A stretch of 64,000 nt of DNA. It comes from the human T2T-CHM13v2.0 reference genome, Homo sapiens. Below the pieces are notes generated by a model, which was not told the origin of the DNA, searched no databases, and worked only from the letters and a program-made list of their open reading frames with translations. The DNA lies in the NCBI RefSeq assembly GCF_009914755.1, contig NC_060926.1; one strand, written 5' to 3'. Made by a program: the position numbers and the translations under genes. Below, one piece after another: positions 14,053 to 37,825 of this stretch (position 1 is its first letter; each line of letters begins with the position of its first letter).

Positions 14053-15420
14053 TTGTTCAGGAAAGAATTAGCAATAGGCCCAAGACTGCTATTCCTAGAA
14101 ATCTCCTTGCAAGGTTGGCTATTGATGGGTATCTGGAAATGTAGGTTTCAGCAGGGTTCTGGCCATTCCCTAAATGATAAGAGTGGCCCACTGTGTCTAA
14201 ACTGTTAGTATAAACAGCATAGTTTATGCTCACCACCATGCTTTCCTTCTGGCAGTCAGGGCTTTGGTATATGCCAGGAAAAGGGTGCCTCTGTGACAAG
14301 CCCTCAATAAAAACCTTGAGCTTCCCTGGTAGGCAGTATTTCATACTGGTTGCCACACTTGATGTAGAGGACTAAAGTGCCTCTTTTTATTATTATTATT
14401 ATTCTACTTTAAGTTTTAGGGTACATGTGCACAATGTGCAGGTTAGTTACATATGTATACATATGACATGCTGGTGCGCTGCACCCACTAACTCGTCATC
14501 TAGCATTAGGTATATCTCCCAATGCTATCCCTCCCCCCTCCCCCCACCCCACAACAGTCCCCAGAGTGTGATGTTCCCCTTCCTGTGTCCATGTGTTCTC
14601 ATTGTTCAATTCCCACCTATGAGTGAGAATATGCAGTGTTTGGTTTTTTGTTCTTGCGATAGTTTACTGAGAATGATGATTTCCAACTTCATCCATGTCC
14701 CTACAAAGGACATGAACTCATCATTTTTTATGGCTGCATAGTATTCCATGGTGTATATGTGCCACATTTTCTTAATCCAGTCTATCATTGTTGGACATTT
14801 GGGTTGGTTCCAAGTCTGCTATTGTAAATAGTGCCGCAATAAACATGTGTGCATGTGTCGTTATAGCAGCATGATTTATAGTCCTTTGGGTATATACCCA
14901 GTAATGGGATGGCTGGGTCAAATGGTATTTCTAGTTCTAGATCCCTGAGGAATCGCCACACTGACTTCCACAATGGTTGAACTAGTTTACAGTCCCACCA
15001 ACAGTGTAAAAGTGTTCCTATTTCTCCACATCCTCTCCAGCACCTGTTGTTTCCTGACTTTTTAATGATCGCCATTCTAACTGGTGTGAGATGATATCTC
15101 ATTGTGGTTTTGATTTGCATTTCTCTGATGGCCAGTGATGGTGAGCATTTTTTCATGTGTTTTTTGGCTGCATAAATGTCTTCTTTTGAGAAGTGTCTGT
15201 TCATGTCTGTTAAAGTGCCTCTTGTGTGACTCCACTAGGAGAGGACCCTTAGAGGCTTGCAACTGGTTTCTTCAGACTTTGCCTTATATGCCTTTCCCTT
15301 TGCTGAATTTGCTCTGTATCCTGTCACTGTCACGGCTATAAGTAGGACTATATGTTGAGTCCTGTGAGTCCTCCTAGCAAATCATTGAACCTGGTAGGTG
15401 GTCTTGAGGACCCCTACACA
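14053..15420 (+). mobile_element. MER21-family LTR split by an L1 insertion
   Basis: TG...CA termini (tgttcaggaaagaatt ... gacccctacaca), internal AATAAA at about 14306, sequence continues across the L1 TSD. Confidence 0.65.
14386..15207 (-). mobile_element. 5'-truncated young L1 (L1PA2-like): ORF2 C-terminus and 3' UTR
   Basis: ORF 14785-15204 encodes the L1 ORF2 Cys-rich end ([17 protein letters not shown]); 3' UTR reads gctagatgacGAGttagtggg; 13-bp TSD TAAAGTGCCTCTT at 14373-14385 and 15211-15223. Confidence 0.95.
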
Positions 15421-15689
15421 GCTTTGCTTTGGGATTCTTAGAATATCTTATTCACAGCACATTACCTGGCCTTTACTAAGCTTGATCCCTGGCTATCTCT
15501 TCATTCTCATCTGATACCCCTCTTCTCATTCTAATTATGCTGGATTCCTTGTTGTTCCTCAAACTTTCCAAGAATGCTCCTGCTTTGAAACTTTGTGTTT
15601 GCATTTCCCTCTGCCTGTGCTTTCTTTTCACAGATATCTACGTGATTTGTTCCCTCACCTCCTTCATATCTTCATTCTTATCTACTCTT

Positions 15690-16135
15690 TTTTCCATAGT
15701 AATAGAACCACTGATTTTTGGCTGGGGACACAGCCACCAGAAAGCCACCTTCCTGATCCCCCTTGATGATAGGTGTGTATACATGAGTAAATGCAAGCCA
15801 ATGGGATATGAAGAAGTTGGGTGTGCAACTTTCAGGAAACATCCCAAATTAGAGTGGGCTCTCTTTTCCCTTACCTTTTTCCTTTCTATTGAGTGAAATG
15901 GGATGTATGATGCTTGGAGTCTTGGCAGCCATTTTGAATAATGAGGCAACCTTGGAAATGGAAAGTACAGTCAATGGAGCTACAAGATAGAATAGGCTTG
16001 ATAATGTGGAGGCCAATACCAAACCCCTAGAATCTACCTCTGTACTTTAACAAGAGCCAGAAATAAACTTCTATTTATGCCCAGCCAATTGGGGTTTTCT
16101 CTCACTTTAAGTTAGTACTAATCCTAACTAATAGA
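15690..16135 (+). mobile_element. MLT1 (MaLR) LTR
   Basis: gcagccattttgaataatgagg...aaataaacttct...taatcctaactaata motifs. Confidence 0.6.
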
Positions 16136-16284
16136 AGTACTTATCTCCAGTCTGACTTCTTGAAGCCAGGAGGCAGAATTATATGGTACAAAGCAAGGTA
16201 CCCTATGAACTGCACTTTGTTTTAAAGGAAGTTGTGGGCATGACAGGAAGGCTGGAAGATAGAATGTTATCATGTGGGAAATGT

Positions 16285-16660
16285 CAGTTGTGGAAAAGCA
16301 TTACAGTGATGACTCCTTCTCCCACAACCCAAATGAATCACACTTCCTTGTGTCCACATGCTTCTTTGCAATATGATGTTGCTGCTCCTCCCATCTAAAG
16401 GCAGAGGTTACCTGACCATCTCCTTGAATCTGGTTTGAGCTGGTGACTGGCTTTGACCAACAGAATATGACAAATATGACATTATGCTAGTTCCAGAGTC
16501 TAGGCCTTTAGAGACCTTGCAGCTGTGGTGCAACCATGTAAACAATACCATGGGAGTCCAGAGGTGGGAGGATCTAACTGGGTATAGAGAAGGAGATGAT
16601 GGTGGGTCCAGTGAGGAGAGTTTACAAAACCTATCCTTGAGGTGAGATACCATCTTCGAT
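16285..16660 (+). mobile_element. MLT1 LTR fragment
   Basis: ccttgaatctggtttgagctggtgactggctttgaccaacagaat. Confidence 0.6.
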
Positions 16661-16772
16661 GTTAAAGGAGGAGTAAGGATAGTACTGGCTTCTCTGCTGA
16701 CCCTCTGTGCTTGGTTGTCACATGGAGCATTAGTTCCCAGATAAAGATTTCAAGAATCAGTAAAATCTCAAC

Positions 16773-16796
16773 AACACACACACACACACACACACA
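16773..16796. repeat. (CA)n microsatellite
   Basis: Direct inspection. Confidence 0.9.
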
Positions 16797-17109
16797 TAAA
16801 TTGGGGAATGGGTATACTGATGTATTGTTGCTAATACTCTGTTTTAACTTTTTTTTTAAGAAAGGACATTGGAAATGCTATCTACCATCATCACCATCTC
16901 ATTAAATATATTTTAACATAAAATAGGAGGAATATTATCTCATACTAAAGGACAAACCTTTAAACTGCATGCTTTCCTCCCTTGTCTTTGGTTTTTGTAC
17001 TGTACATGTATAGTAGTCTTAGACCAGCATTTGGTGGCCATTAGCCTTTCAAGTTTTACCGGTTAGGTTAACAACACAATATTTGGTTTCTTCATATGGC
17101 AAAGACTTA

Positions 17110-17600
17110 CAGTTTTCCTCTAAAATCCATACTTCCCTTTTCCCATAGAAATAAAGGCTACTCTAGGTACATGATTACTCATCTAGAGACTACATCTTTA
17201 GCCTCTTTCACAGCTAAATGTGACCACGCGATTAAGTTTTGGCTAATAGGATATGAGCTGAAGTAACATGTAAGCTGACAGTATGTGCAATTTCTGGGTC
17301 ATTTGTACCTTTAAAAATAAGCTGTTTGCCTTGGCGTTCCTCTATTTTTCTTTTCCACAGATGGGAACCAGTGAGTGTGACCACAACCCACTAATGATAT
17401 CACCTAAGGGAATGGTGGGTGGAAAATGGAAGGAATTCGAGTCCTTGAGTGACTTCATAGTCTCCCTGCAAATCTGCATTGCTCTTTTTGGGACTATAAC
17501 ATGAGGAAGAAATGAACTTCCATCTTATTTAAGCCTCTGCATATAGATGTACACTTCTTGGTGTTTCCTTTTTTGAATAGTTTAGGCTTTACCTTAATAA
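17110..17600 (+). mobile_element. MLT1 LTR
   Basis: gtgaccacgcgattaagttttggctaatagg...aatgaacttccatcttatttaagcc. Confidence 0.55.
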
Positions 17601-18779
17601 GCAAGAACTCAGCTTTCCCTTGCTTTTGCAGTGGTATTTGCCTACCAATTTCCCCTTCAAAGGTTCCACGCTACTCCTATTTATCCCACCCACATGGGAT
17701 AGCTGAGCTACGAGGTCACCAGAGAAGGACATTTACATTTCCACTTAGGTGTGGAATTCCCCTAAATGGAGAAGGCCAGTTATCTTCTTACTGCTCTTGC
17801 ACAGTTTCTTTCACTGTTCTCCACTTGTTCCTTTTGCCCTACTTAGGCTGCAGTTAAAGAAACGATCCCTTGGTGGTTTGGCTGCTCAACCAATGGGCAT
17901 AGCTCACCCTCAGGACTTTCCATCTTGCCTAGCTCACTTCCTTTTTCTCCCTTCTGAGCATTGCCTCTTTTATTTTTCAGATGCTACATTATACACATTC
18001 CCTTTCAAATCATACAGACACTTTCAAACAATAGTTATTGAATATGTACTTTGTAAGGTAAAACATAAAATGAGAAACAGGAAAAGTACCTGACTTTTTG
18101 GTCTCCTTGGAATACACAAATAAAGAGGAAATTATAAATTAAAGTCAAAATTCCTGTAATTGGGATATGTACAGTGTGTTATGGGACTACGTGGGAGAGA
18201 TGCCTGATCCAGTGTTGTACAAAAGGGATGTGGTCAACCATGTCAAGTGAAATAAAGGCATAAAAAGGTGAAATAAATGTGTACATTGGCTATAAAGAAA
18301 CTGTACACCTATGAATAAAACATCATTTTAAAACTTCAAATAATTTCAGAGTATATAAAATTAAAAGTGAAAGTTCTTTCTCTCCCACATCTTAATCCCC
18401 ATAGTGATTTGTTACTATTTGGTGTGTGTTCTTCCAGATATATAGTATGAAAATAGATATATTAATATATTGATATATATAGTATGAAAATACATCTATA
18501 TATAAATATATAGTATGAAAATGAATCTATACATCTATAGTAACATATATATCTATATTTATTATAGGTAGTAAATATCTATATTTACTATAGATATATA
18601 TCTATAATAAAAACCAATTGATATATAGGTTTTTATTTTGTAATAAGCTAATCATCGTATACTATTATTATGTAGCTTTTTTTGCATGTACTTGTTTCCT
18701 TATCAGTATATTGACCTAATTTATAAAATTACATATACTTCCCTATTAATAGTTCACTAACTTAATCTCTCTTTTATGA

Positions 18780-19145
<366 letters not shown>

Positions 19146-19149
19146 TCTT

Positions 19150-20150
19150 TCATTTTATCTCTTCTAAAATTGGTGTTTCAAGGAATATTCTATCCATTGG
19201 ATTTAATTATAAATATTAAGAGAAAAAAACTACAAGTGGAAATTCTATACCTGCCCCAAATATGTGAGAAACAAGTTAGACATTTTTGCATATGTAAAGT
19301 ATCAGAAGGTACCTTCTTCCTCTTTTCTTTCTGGGGAACTTACTTGAGGAATCACCATTCTAGCAAAATGAAAATCAAAGCAAAACTATGATTTCAAGGG
19401 GATTTAAAATATATTAAAAACGTGAATGAGTAATCAATCCAGTAAAATTTAAAAGACAGGAATACAGGATCATAGCTTGGTTCTTGAATGGGGAACTTGA
19501 ATATTATAAAGAAATTGGTATGTCCCAAATTAGTGGGACATACCCTTCTTTCAATTCCAAACAAACCCTGAGAAAAGTCTGTTTTTAAATCATGACAAAA
19601 TAGTCTAGGAAAATAAGGTAAGCAAGAATGATTAAAGAATGTTTATAAAAAAGGGGTCTGAAGGTTGGTATTTGCCTTATCAATTATAAATTTACAATAG
19701 TTAGAGCATGTTAAATACTAAGAACAGACAGATAAATCAGATAAAAGTGATAAACTGGAACTCGAGTTTATAAAATAGAAAAAATAGACAATATTTTAAA
19801 AAATAAATCTGAGAAATTGTTTCTTCAATAAATAACATTGGACAAATAAAGTAACTTTTTGATGAATATTTTATTAGAGCTTTGCATCACAGCATACATA
19901 AGAGGTAAATATTTAGTCATAAAGAATTGAAGAAGGTATAGAAAAAAGTTTATATCATCTCATCATGAGGAAGGATTTCCTCAAACAAAAAAGCAATGGA
20001 AGACATCCTAGGAAAAGATAATAAATTTGACCATATAAATATACAAAGTTTCTACACTAAAAATACAGATAAAAGGAAAAGGCAAATCACAAGTGGGAAA
20101 GATGTGTACAACAAATGTTGCAAAAACCAGGATTACTATCATTTGTGAAA
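19150..20150 (+). mobile_element. Old L1M ORF2 fragment
   Basis: A-rich degenerate L1 motifs (ttcttcaataaat, aagataataaatttgac). Confidence 0.5.
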
Positions 20151-20169
20151 ACTCTTGATACTGGTAAAA

Positions 20170-21900
20170 TCCAACTCTCAGCCTGGTCTGTGCCTAAACT
20201 CTCACAGATGAACGTGTCTGAAGAAAAATACAAAACCATGTGCGTTGGTCAACTTTAAGTTAGCTGTTAACTTCCTTCATGTGAAACTTTAGTTGGCTTC
20301 TAAAATTGTAATAAATTTCCCCATTTAATACAGTCTCCCACATCCCCAATGACTATTTCTAACCTCTTCTTACACTTCAAACTTCCAGCATCTCCTCCCC
20401 ATTCTCACTCTAAACTGATGATCTTGTTTATTTCATTGGGAATAGTAGCTATCAGAAAAGACCTTCCACACACTCTTACCATCATAGCAACTCAGCCTCC
20501 TGTTCCAGAAAATCCCTCTACGCTCCTATCCACCTCTCCACAGCAGCCCTAGCTCCCATCATCTCTCACCTACTCAAGGGCAAGAATTTGTTTTCAGCAA
20601 TTTGACTTTTCCCTGTCTCTACTGAATCATGCCATTCAGCCTAGGGTCATGTTACTATTTTTTACATTAAAAAAAATCTCTTTTGTCCCACTTTACCCTC
20701 AAGTGATTAGCCCATTTCTCTGCTGTCCTTTGCAAAAAACCTCCTAGGAGGAGCTATATGCACTTACTTTCACATTTCCAATTTATGAACTTCTGTTCTC
20801 TCTTGAACTCAACTTATTTAGTCTTTCATCCTTCACCAACTTCATTGTCAAAGTCACCAATGATCTTCGTTTTTGCTAAACCCTGTAATCAATCCTGTTT
20901 CATCTCACTTGATCAGCAGCATTTGACACAACTGTCACCCCCTCTTCCCAGAAACATTTGATTCACTTGGCATCCAACACACCACTCACCTTGCTGTGTT
21001 CTTCCCATCTCACTTCTTATGTCTAAAATGATCCTCCTGATCTTTCCACATCCCCTAAACTGCTCCACTTGTATTCCTCCCCATTTCTGTTAATGACAAC
21101 TCCATCTTACCAGTTGCTCAGACCCAAAATCTGGAGGTCATATTTGACTCATCTCATTCTCTCATGCTCCACTGCAGCCAGACAGTGGACCTGTTTGCTC
21201 TATCTTCTACATAGATTCAGATGCTGATCACATTATACCATTGTCACTGCTACCACCCCAGTGCAAGCCACCACTCATCACAAGTGGATTAATATGATGC
21301 CTCCTGATTTTCCTGCTTCCACCCTTGCTCCTTTTGCTCTCCACCCAACAGTCAGAGTGACTCTTTTAAGTCAGGTTAGCATGTCAAGTCTTTGCTTAAA
21401 ACACTCCAATAGATTCCTGTCTCGAATTAAGAAGCCAAGATCAGCACAAAATCTTCATATATGATACCCCTGCCCTCTCCCCTGGTCCCTGCATCTTCTA
21501 AACTTTCTGCTTACTCACTGCTTCAGCTACAGCAGCTTTCTTGCTATTCCTGGAAAAAGCCAGAGATACTTGGGTCTTTTCAATGGCCCTCCCTATGTCT
21601 GGAGTGCCTTATACTAGATACCCACCTGGCTCCCTCCCTCCCCTTCTTTGTTTCTTTACTCAAATATCACCTTCCCTCACCACTTTCTACACTCCTACCG
21701 GCTAAATCCTCATCTCTTCCCCTGCTTTATTTTTCACTAATATATACTACATAATTTTACTTATTTATTTTATTGTCTATCTCTTTAGACTGTAAGCTCC
21801 ATGAAGTCTGGGATTTTTGTATTTTTTTTTTTACTGCTGTAGTCCCAGTGCTGGCATGTAGTAGTAGTTCAATAAAATTTTGTTGAATAAATTAATGAAT
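20170..21900 (+). mobile_element. L2 3' portion
   Basis: Pyrimidine-rich L2 sense sequence ending tagactgtaagctccatga...ttcaataaaattttgttgaataaattaatgaat. Confidence 0.8.
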
Positions 21901-22184
21901 TATGTTTAATGCATATATACAAAGGGAAAATGGAGTGCAAATCTCTTTTGAAATTCCTAAAATGTAATTTGATAATACATACCAGAAGTCTTAAATATAT
22001 ACTTAATAATTTCACTCCTAGAAATATATCAATGCAGGATTTCCCTAACTAATATAAAGGAAACATTGCTCCAGCATATTAATAGGTATTTGGAAAACAA
22101 AGAAAATTATTTAAAAAAAAATCTTAGCCTGGTTTTCAGACTTGGTTGCACATTGTCATTACTTAGGGAGTTTTGGAGTTTTAA

Positions 22185-24118
<1,934 letters not shown>

Positions 24119-24900
24119 AAAATATGTTGATGACTGAGTCCTACCTTGGGAGATATTGATTTAATTGTTTTGGACTGGTTGTCTCTCTTTTTGTGATATT
24201 AGCAGCCTTTGGTGAAGTTACTGAGATCCATTAGTTCATTAGGGGCTCTAGGTGGTAATCTTGTTAACATCTCTGGGCTTGTATTTTTTTCATACACAAT
24301 GTGAAAGGGTTAGCGTACATTACCTGTAAGCATCCTTCCCACTGGGATATGCTGTGCTCCTATGGGTAATACTCTTAATTAGGGGTTTGTTTGAAAGCAT
24401 TTACTCTTTCTTCCTGGTGATTTACTGGCGTATGTTTGTGTGCATGTATGTGAGCTTGATAATGCTCCAAAATAAGAAAAGGCATCCATCTTTATTATAG
24501 AGAAACCACAATAGTAAATCAGAATTCTAGAAAGAGACACCAAGCCTTCTACTCCAACATGTCAGGCATGATATTAGTCTCCTATACATACTGTCACATA
24601 CTCCTTGTAGGGCCTGTTAAGGAACAGGGCTCTGCAACTGGGCCAGCTGGATTTTTAAAAACTGTTATTTATTTATTCATTTTATACATAGGACATGGGG
24701 AAACATCAGAAAACAGTAGCAAGCAACTCTTTTTGAAGCATTTTGGCACCGTATGTTGTCCCATCAGTCTTCAATTAGTTCATTTGCTAATAATATTTTC
24801 TTAATCTGAATAAACAATAAATCCAGGTACCTATTTGAGGTATGATACATTTGAAAAGCTTTTTAGAACACAGAAGCCAAAGTTGTTCACTCTATCATTA

Positions 24901-25220
<320 letters not shown>

Positions 25221-25512
25221 GATAATGTAGCTGAGTTGAATTAACCCATTTAGGGATGCATTTTTTCCCAAGGGAAACTACAGGGTCATTCCTCACAAGT
25301 AGATTTCACTATCCCCACGCAATCAGATTTGGGGGATCAGATAACATATTAACTGCACTTATCACTGTGAATTACAAAGCCTTCGAAAAATGCAATTACC
25401 CATTTAGATAAACAAAGACATGCACTTTTTGGGGCAAATAACCTTTTTTTGTAGAAAAAGTTATTACATGTAACAGGCAGTTATTTTGAAATGCAAGCTT
25501 CATAACTTACTA

Positions 25513-25868
<356 letters not shown>

Positions 25869-27789
25869 CAAAATAGTGTAAAGTGCTTATAAGTGTAAAA
25901 TGCCTGGCCCATAGCAAGTGCTCAGTGTATTTGCATTTATCACTATAGGGATGATTTGTGTGGCTGTTGCTGCAATCATTACTAAACATTACTTCTGAGT
26001 CTTTTGGTTAAATTGTTTTAGGGAAATTAAGAAAATACTATTTGTTTGAGTTTTTTTTTTTTGTTTTTTTAGTTGCCAATTATGTTACAAAGTGGATTAT
26101 ACCTGCAAGGTGAGTGAGCACACTGTGGTTCTTGTTAATTTTTTAAATTGTTAAGTTTCACTATACAAGATATTTAAAATCAAACAGTACTTGGTACAAA
26201 CAACTGTTTCATTGATGTTGTAATAGTTTTAAATAGATGGATAGTGAAAACAAAGTGAAAATAATTTTGGTAATTCCAGAAACCAAAACCTGGGAGTGAG
26301 CATGGGTACTGAGTGCTGGGTAAAATTTACAACAAAACCTTTATCAATGAGGACCCAGATAACAGAACCTTCTATGTCCAGGATTCTAATGGATGCCCTT
26401 CTGTATTACAGTGGATCTCACTAAGCATCTTTACACTAAAACATGGTGTTGAGGTTCTGGATGTAAAGTGGAAGAGTCCATCATCTCAGAGTAAGCTTAT
26501 GTTTAGGCTGTGAAAAATGAAGGCTTGAAGAACAACAGCCTTAGAGAAAAGAAGACCATGAAGTAATCTTGTGTATGTATTAAAGAATCAGCAATATAAT
26601 CATTATGACCTAAATGAGTAGACTGAGTGGCAGATCTATTTCACTGAATGGTAATATAAGAAAAGATATCTGCCTAGCAATAATTGTCTCCTTGACATCT
26701 CCTTTTTCTTTTTATTAACCACATCTTTGGGAGTGATTTAGAGGTAGCTGAAACCAACTAGCCTGGGCTGAACAGTTTCTGTATTGCCCAGACCATCTTG
26801 TTTCTCAAGGCTGCCTTTCGTTTTGGTTAATGAGAAAGCATATGGTTGCCATTTCCTTTCTGAGAACTGCTGAGTTAGTAGGGAAGGAAGTAGATGTTCA
26901 GCTGAGTTCTGTCCTGTGGGGGAAGGGAAGGGCTGAGCCACAGCTTGGAGTACCAGCTTCTGCTTTTGTGGGGCTTGATTTTCTGTGTCTGATTTCTTTT
27001 TATAAAATGTTCATATAATTAGCCTGAACAGCCCAACCTAATCCCTTTTCTGGGGGCAAATGATTGAGAGTTGAGTGGCAAACTTTCTTTGCCCAAACTC
27101 TTGGCCGTAACTCTTAACATTCTTAATTGGTTTCCTGTCTATTCTTAATCTTTTGAAGATCTTGTCAAACCTTAAAAAAAAAAAAAAAGAGCTCTGCCTT
27201 AAATATTGCTTCTGTGAGAATATTTTGCCTGTTTAAGAAAATACAGCTTTGAGTACAATCCAATTGAAGTGTCAAGTCCTGCCAGATAACCATGGTAGAA
27301 TTAGAGCTTCTGAGCTGGATTGGGATTGAGGTTGGACGCTGGCTCTGCCATTAACTGGCATGTTTCATCATTTGTTTTATTTGATGTTGAAATTATGCTT
27401 ATAATTTTATTTTACACCACTTTCCAGTATGACATCAGTGTCTTTGGCACCTTGGGCTTTATTAGTTCATGAAATGGAAGCTTCTGTTTCCTTAAAAATG
27501 CCTTGACTCTCTTGCTAATGTTGTGATAATGTTTCCAACTCTTTCTAGGGCTATAATATCTATGCTGCTTGTTTGCAAATACTTGGGAAGTGGTGGTTGA
27601 TCTAAAGATACTCAGAAAGAATGGGGAGAAAATTAAGGCTTCTGACACTTTTCCCAACATTTCTGTTATCATCACCAAGAATTAACTAGATGATTCTTTA
27701 ATGCCCCACTACTTTATTCTGCTATTTTATTTCTTCAGTCTGTTTTTGACTCTTATAATGACACCACTGGAAGTTAAGTCTAAACATTA

Positions 27790-28110
27790 CCTTTAGGCTG
27801 GAGAGCTCTGGGGTCAAGATTGACTAGATTTAAAACCCAGCTCAGCCATTCTCTAGCTATCTGGTCTCTGGTGAGTTCCATCGCCTGTAAAACGGGGATT
27901 AAAAAGGGGAAAATACTGAGTATGTACTATTTGCTAGGCACTAGTTGGACAATTTATGATCCATTTAATCAATCTTCTGCTAGGCAGGGATCCCCATTTT
28001 ATTATGGTTAAAAAGCTGTAATAAAAGCCAATTGACCTAAAGCTCTCACAAGTAAATAGCTGGAGCCCAGGTTTGTCTCTAAAGCACATGCTCTTTTCAC
28101 TACGCGACAT
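27790..28110. mobile_element. Two MIR fragments in opposite orientations
   Basis: catcgcctgtaaaacggggatt (+) followed by atccccattttt...ggagcccaggtttg (-). Confidence 0.55.
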
Positions 28111-29495
28111 AAAAAAAACTTTATTAATCTTTTTTTCCAGATTATGTTTCAAGGGTTCCCACTGCTGTTGAATAATTAATTCCTTTTAGATGTACAAAAG
28201 CAAGTGCAAAGTAAAAGAAGAAAAGCTAAATGGGGAAGGTGTGTAATATGAGAGGCAGGGGGTAAGGAAAAATGAGAAGTCTGCAAAGGAATTTACGTCC
28301 TATCTGCTTAGCATTACACAGTGGAAGCCCACGTCAGACATTTGTGTTGCAGTCCTGCCTGCTCAGGGGTTGCTGGGTGACCTTCTGCAAATTACCTCAT
28401 CTTTCTGGGTTTCAATTTAAGTATGCCTGAAATGAGGCGGTTGAATTGATCTCCAAATTCCCTTCTGGTGCTAAACTTCCAGCCTTGTAGCCACTGACGC
28501 CTTCACCATCCCAGCCTGTTTTCCCTTGGTACCGGACCAGCTGCCCTTGCCCGAACCCTGTTCTTCCTCGACTGCGAACTTTCTAACGTACTCACAGGTT
28601 CTAAACTCTACCGTTCCTCGTGACCGAGGGACTAAAGGGCCCGGGCAGGGGCTCAACTCTGAGAGAAAAAAAGGCAAGAAAACTCCAAAGTTGGACAGCA
28701 AGCGTCAAAAGACTGCACAGCAGGAAGGCGAAACCGAACAGAACTGCTGCTGCGCGGCGACAGCTGAAGTGGGTGGAGAACGGGAGGGCGGGGGAGGCGG
28801 GGCCGAGAGCGATTGGAAGGACGAGGGGGCGGAGCCCGCGCTGACAGCCCCCGGGGAGGAGCGAGGGAAGCTCTGCGGGCTGCGGCGGCCGGGTCCCGCC
28901 CCTTTGCTTCCCCTCCCCAGCACCAGGCGGGCGTGGCAGCAGGCGTGGCGACGCAGCGTGACTTCACAAGGGGAGGGGCGGGCCGAGGGTCCTGCCGGCG
29001 CGCGGGCGTGTTCATCAGTCGCTGTTTGGGACGCTGGGTGTGCGGTGTTCTGTCTCCGCTCCCGTTTCGCTGTCACAGCCCGTTCCTTCCCGGAGCCCGG
29101 GACAGGCTGGGCGCGCGCCCGTGTGAGTGAGCGGGACTCAGGGCAGAAGTGTCCCCTCACTGCGTTTTTTTTTCCTTTTATCCAAAGAACGGGGCAGTTA
29201 GTACGCTTGCCTTCCTGTCGCCCGGTTGGGAGCGGGGTTGGTGTGCGGAGTGGTTCGCCTTTTTTTCTTTAGAACTTGTGAGCCTTTTTTTTTTTTTTTT
29301 TTTTTTTTCTTTTTTTAGGCTCAGTGCTGTCCGGGCTGGTTTGCCCGGTCCCTGACTAACGGCTTTCTGCCCCTTCTCTCGCCACCCCTGCCCAAGGTCG
29401 CCCCTCTGCCTTCGCCCCTGTCCCGGGAGGGTGGGAAGCTTTGACCCCGCCCTGCCCACTCGCGTCTCCGCAGCCGTAGCCGCGCCTGTCCCAAT

Positions 29496-36649
<7,154 letters not shown>

Positions 36650-37825
36650 CCTATGCTAAATACTCATGTGTAGTTTTTATACTACATGCCCTACTTGAAC
36701 ACTTATTGCACTTTTATTTATTGTTAACTGTGAAAAGTACGTCCTTTATTGGGTTTCCTTTTATATTCTTGGTTTGTTAAGAAGAATGGTTTGTTTTTAT
36801 AGCAAAACTGTTAAGCTGCTCGAGTCTCCTGTTGAAGAATGGGAACACTGAAAAGTAGGGGCATTTATTTTTAGAGTAAAAAGATTATTGGATAGCCTTT
36901 AAAAAACCTGCACCCATTTCATGGGTGAGTTACTTAAGACATCAGCTTTATAGCCTCTATGAGTCTATCTTCTGTATAAGTTTTGTAATATTTAACATAA
37001 GGCTTAATGGGAGATGTTCTTTTGTCTTGTATTCAGATATTGCCAACTAAAGCAATAACCATCAAAAAACACAAGAACTTGTCAATGCTAGCAGTAATTT
37101 TTGAGTGTTTGTGGCTCTCAGAATGATTGACTTCGTTCAGTGACTACTATTAAGATTTTCCAAGGACTGACTCATCCCAAATTTTTGTTGTATTACCAAA
37201 AAAACAGATTCCTTATCAGAATTTGGAATAGAATGTGATCTCTATTGCAACAAGTAATTTTAAAAGAAAGCTACATTTATTTTAGAGTAGTGCTCCTAAC
37301 ATGTATTATCAACTTTGTGGATTACATTGGAGGAAAATTTAAAACTGGGGCCTTGAATATTTATTTTTTGAAACTACCATGTTAAATACTGAAGTATAAT
37401 TTGGGGGAGTTATAAAGTTATGATAAACATTCATCTGATTATTTTAAACAATAGTTGTGGTAGATAAACATACTGGAGGTGAGTCAAATTGAATTCATAT
37501 AGTAACATGCAGTCTGAAGTCCTAGTTACTTAATAGGTACTCAGCCTGGAGTGAAAATCCTGGGTACTGACTTTGAGAGGAGTGAGTGTGCATGTTGTCA
37601 AAGTTTCTGAACACAGTTCACATAGCCTTATTAGCAAAAGTTTTAAGAAATGGCTCTATCAAAGAAGCAATTGCAGCTTTATTCAGAAATATAAAAGTGG
37701 AATTTATGTACATGTCATAAGTGGTACCCACTTCCCCTTTTTACTGTAGGGTGGATAACTCTTAGGATTTAACTCTTTGAATATTATCTCTTGAATAAAG
37801 CATGTGTTAATGTTAACAAACCTAC
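36650..37825 (+). other. NABP1: NABP1 3' UTR up to the proximal poly(A) site (end approximate)
   Basis: Repeat-free AT-rich sequence after the stop, with AATAAA at 37794-37799 followed by T-rich sequence. Confidence 0.65.
37794..37799 (+). terminator. Polyadenylation signal AATAAA
   Basis: Canonical hexamer about 1.15 kb after the stop; an ATTAAA variant lies at 38427-38432. Confidence 0.6.

Noticed and set aside
18435-18625. Three ATATATAGTATGAAAAT repeats with spacers, superficially CRISPR-like
   Set aside because: AT-rich slippage repeat in eukaryotic DNA with low-complexity spacers and no cas genes.
28526-29272. 248-aa ORF and overlapping antisense ORFs in the promoter
   Set aside because: Stop codons are depleted in a CpG island, the start is non-ATG, and no domain is recognisable.
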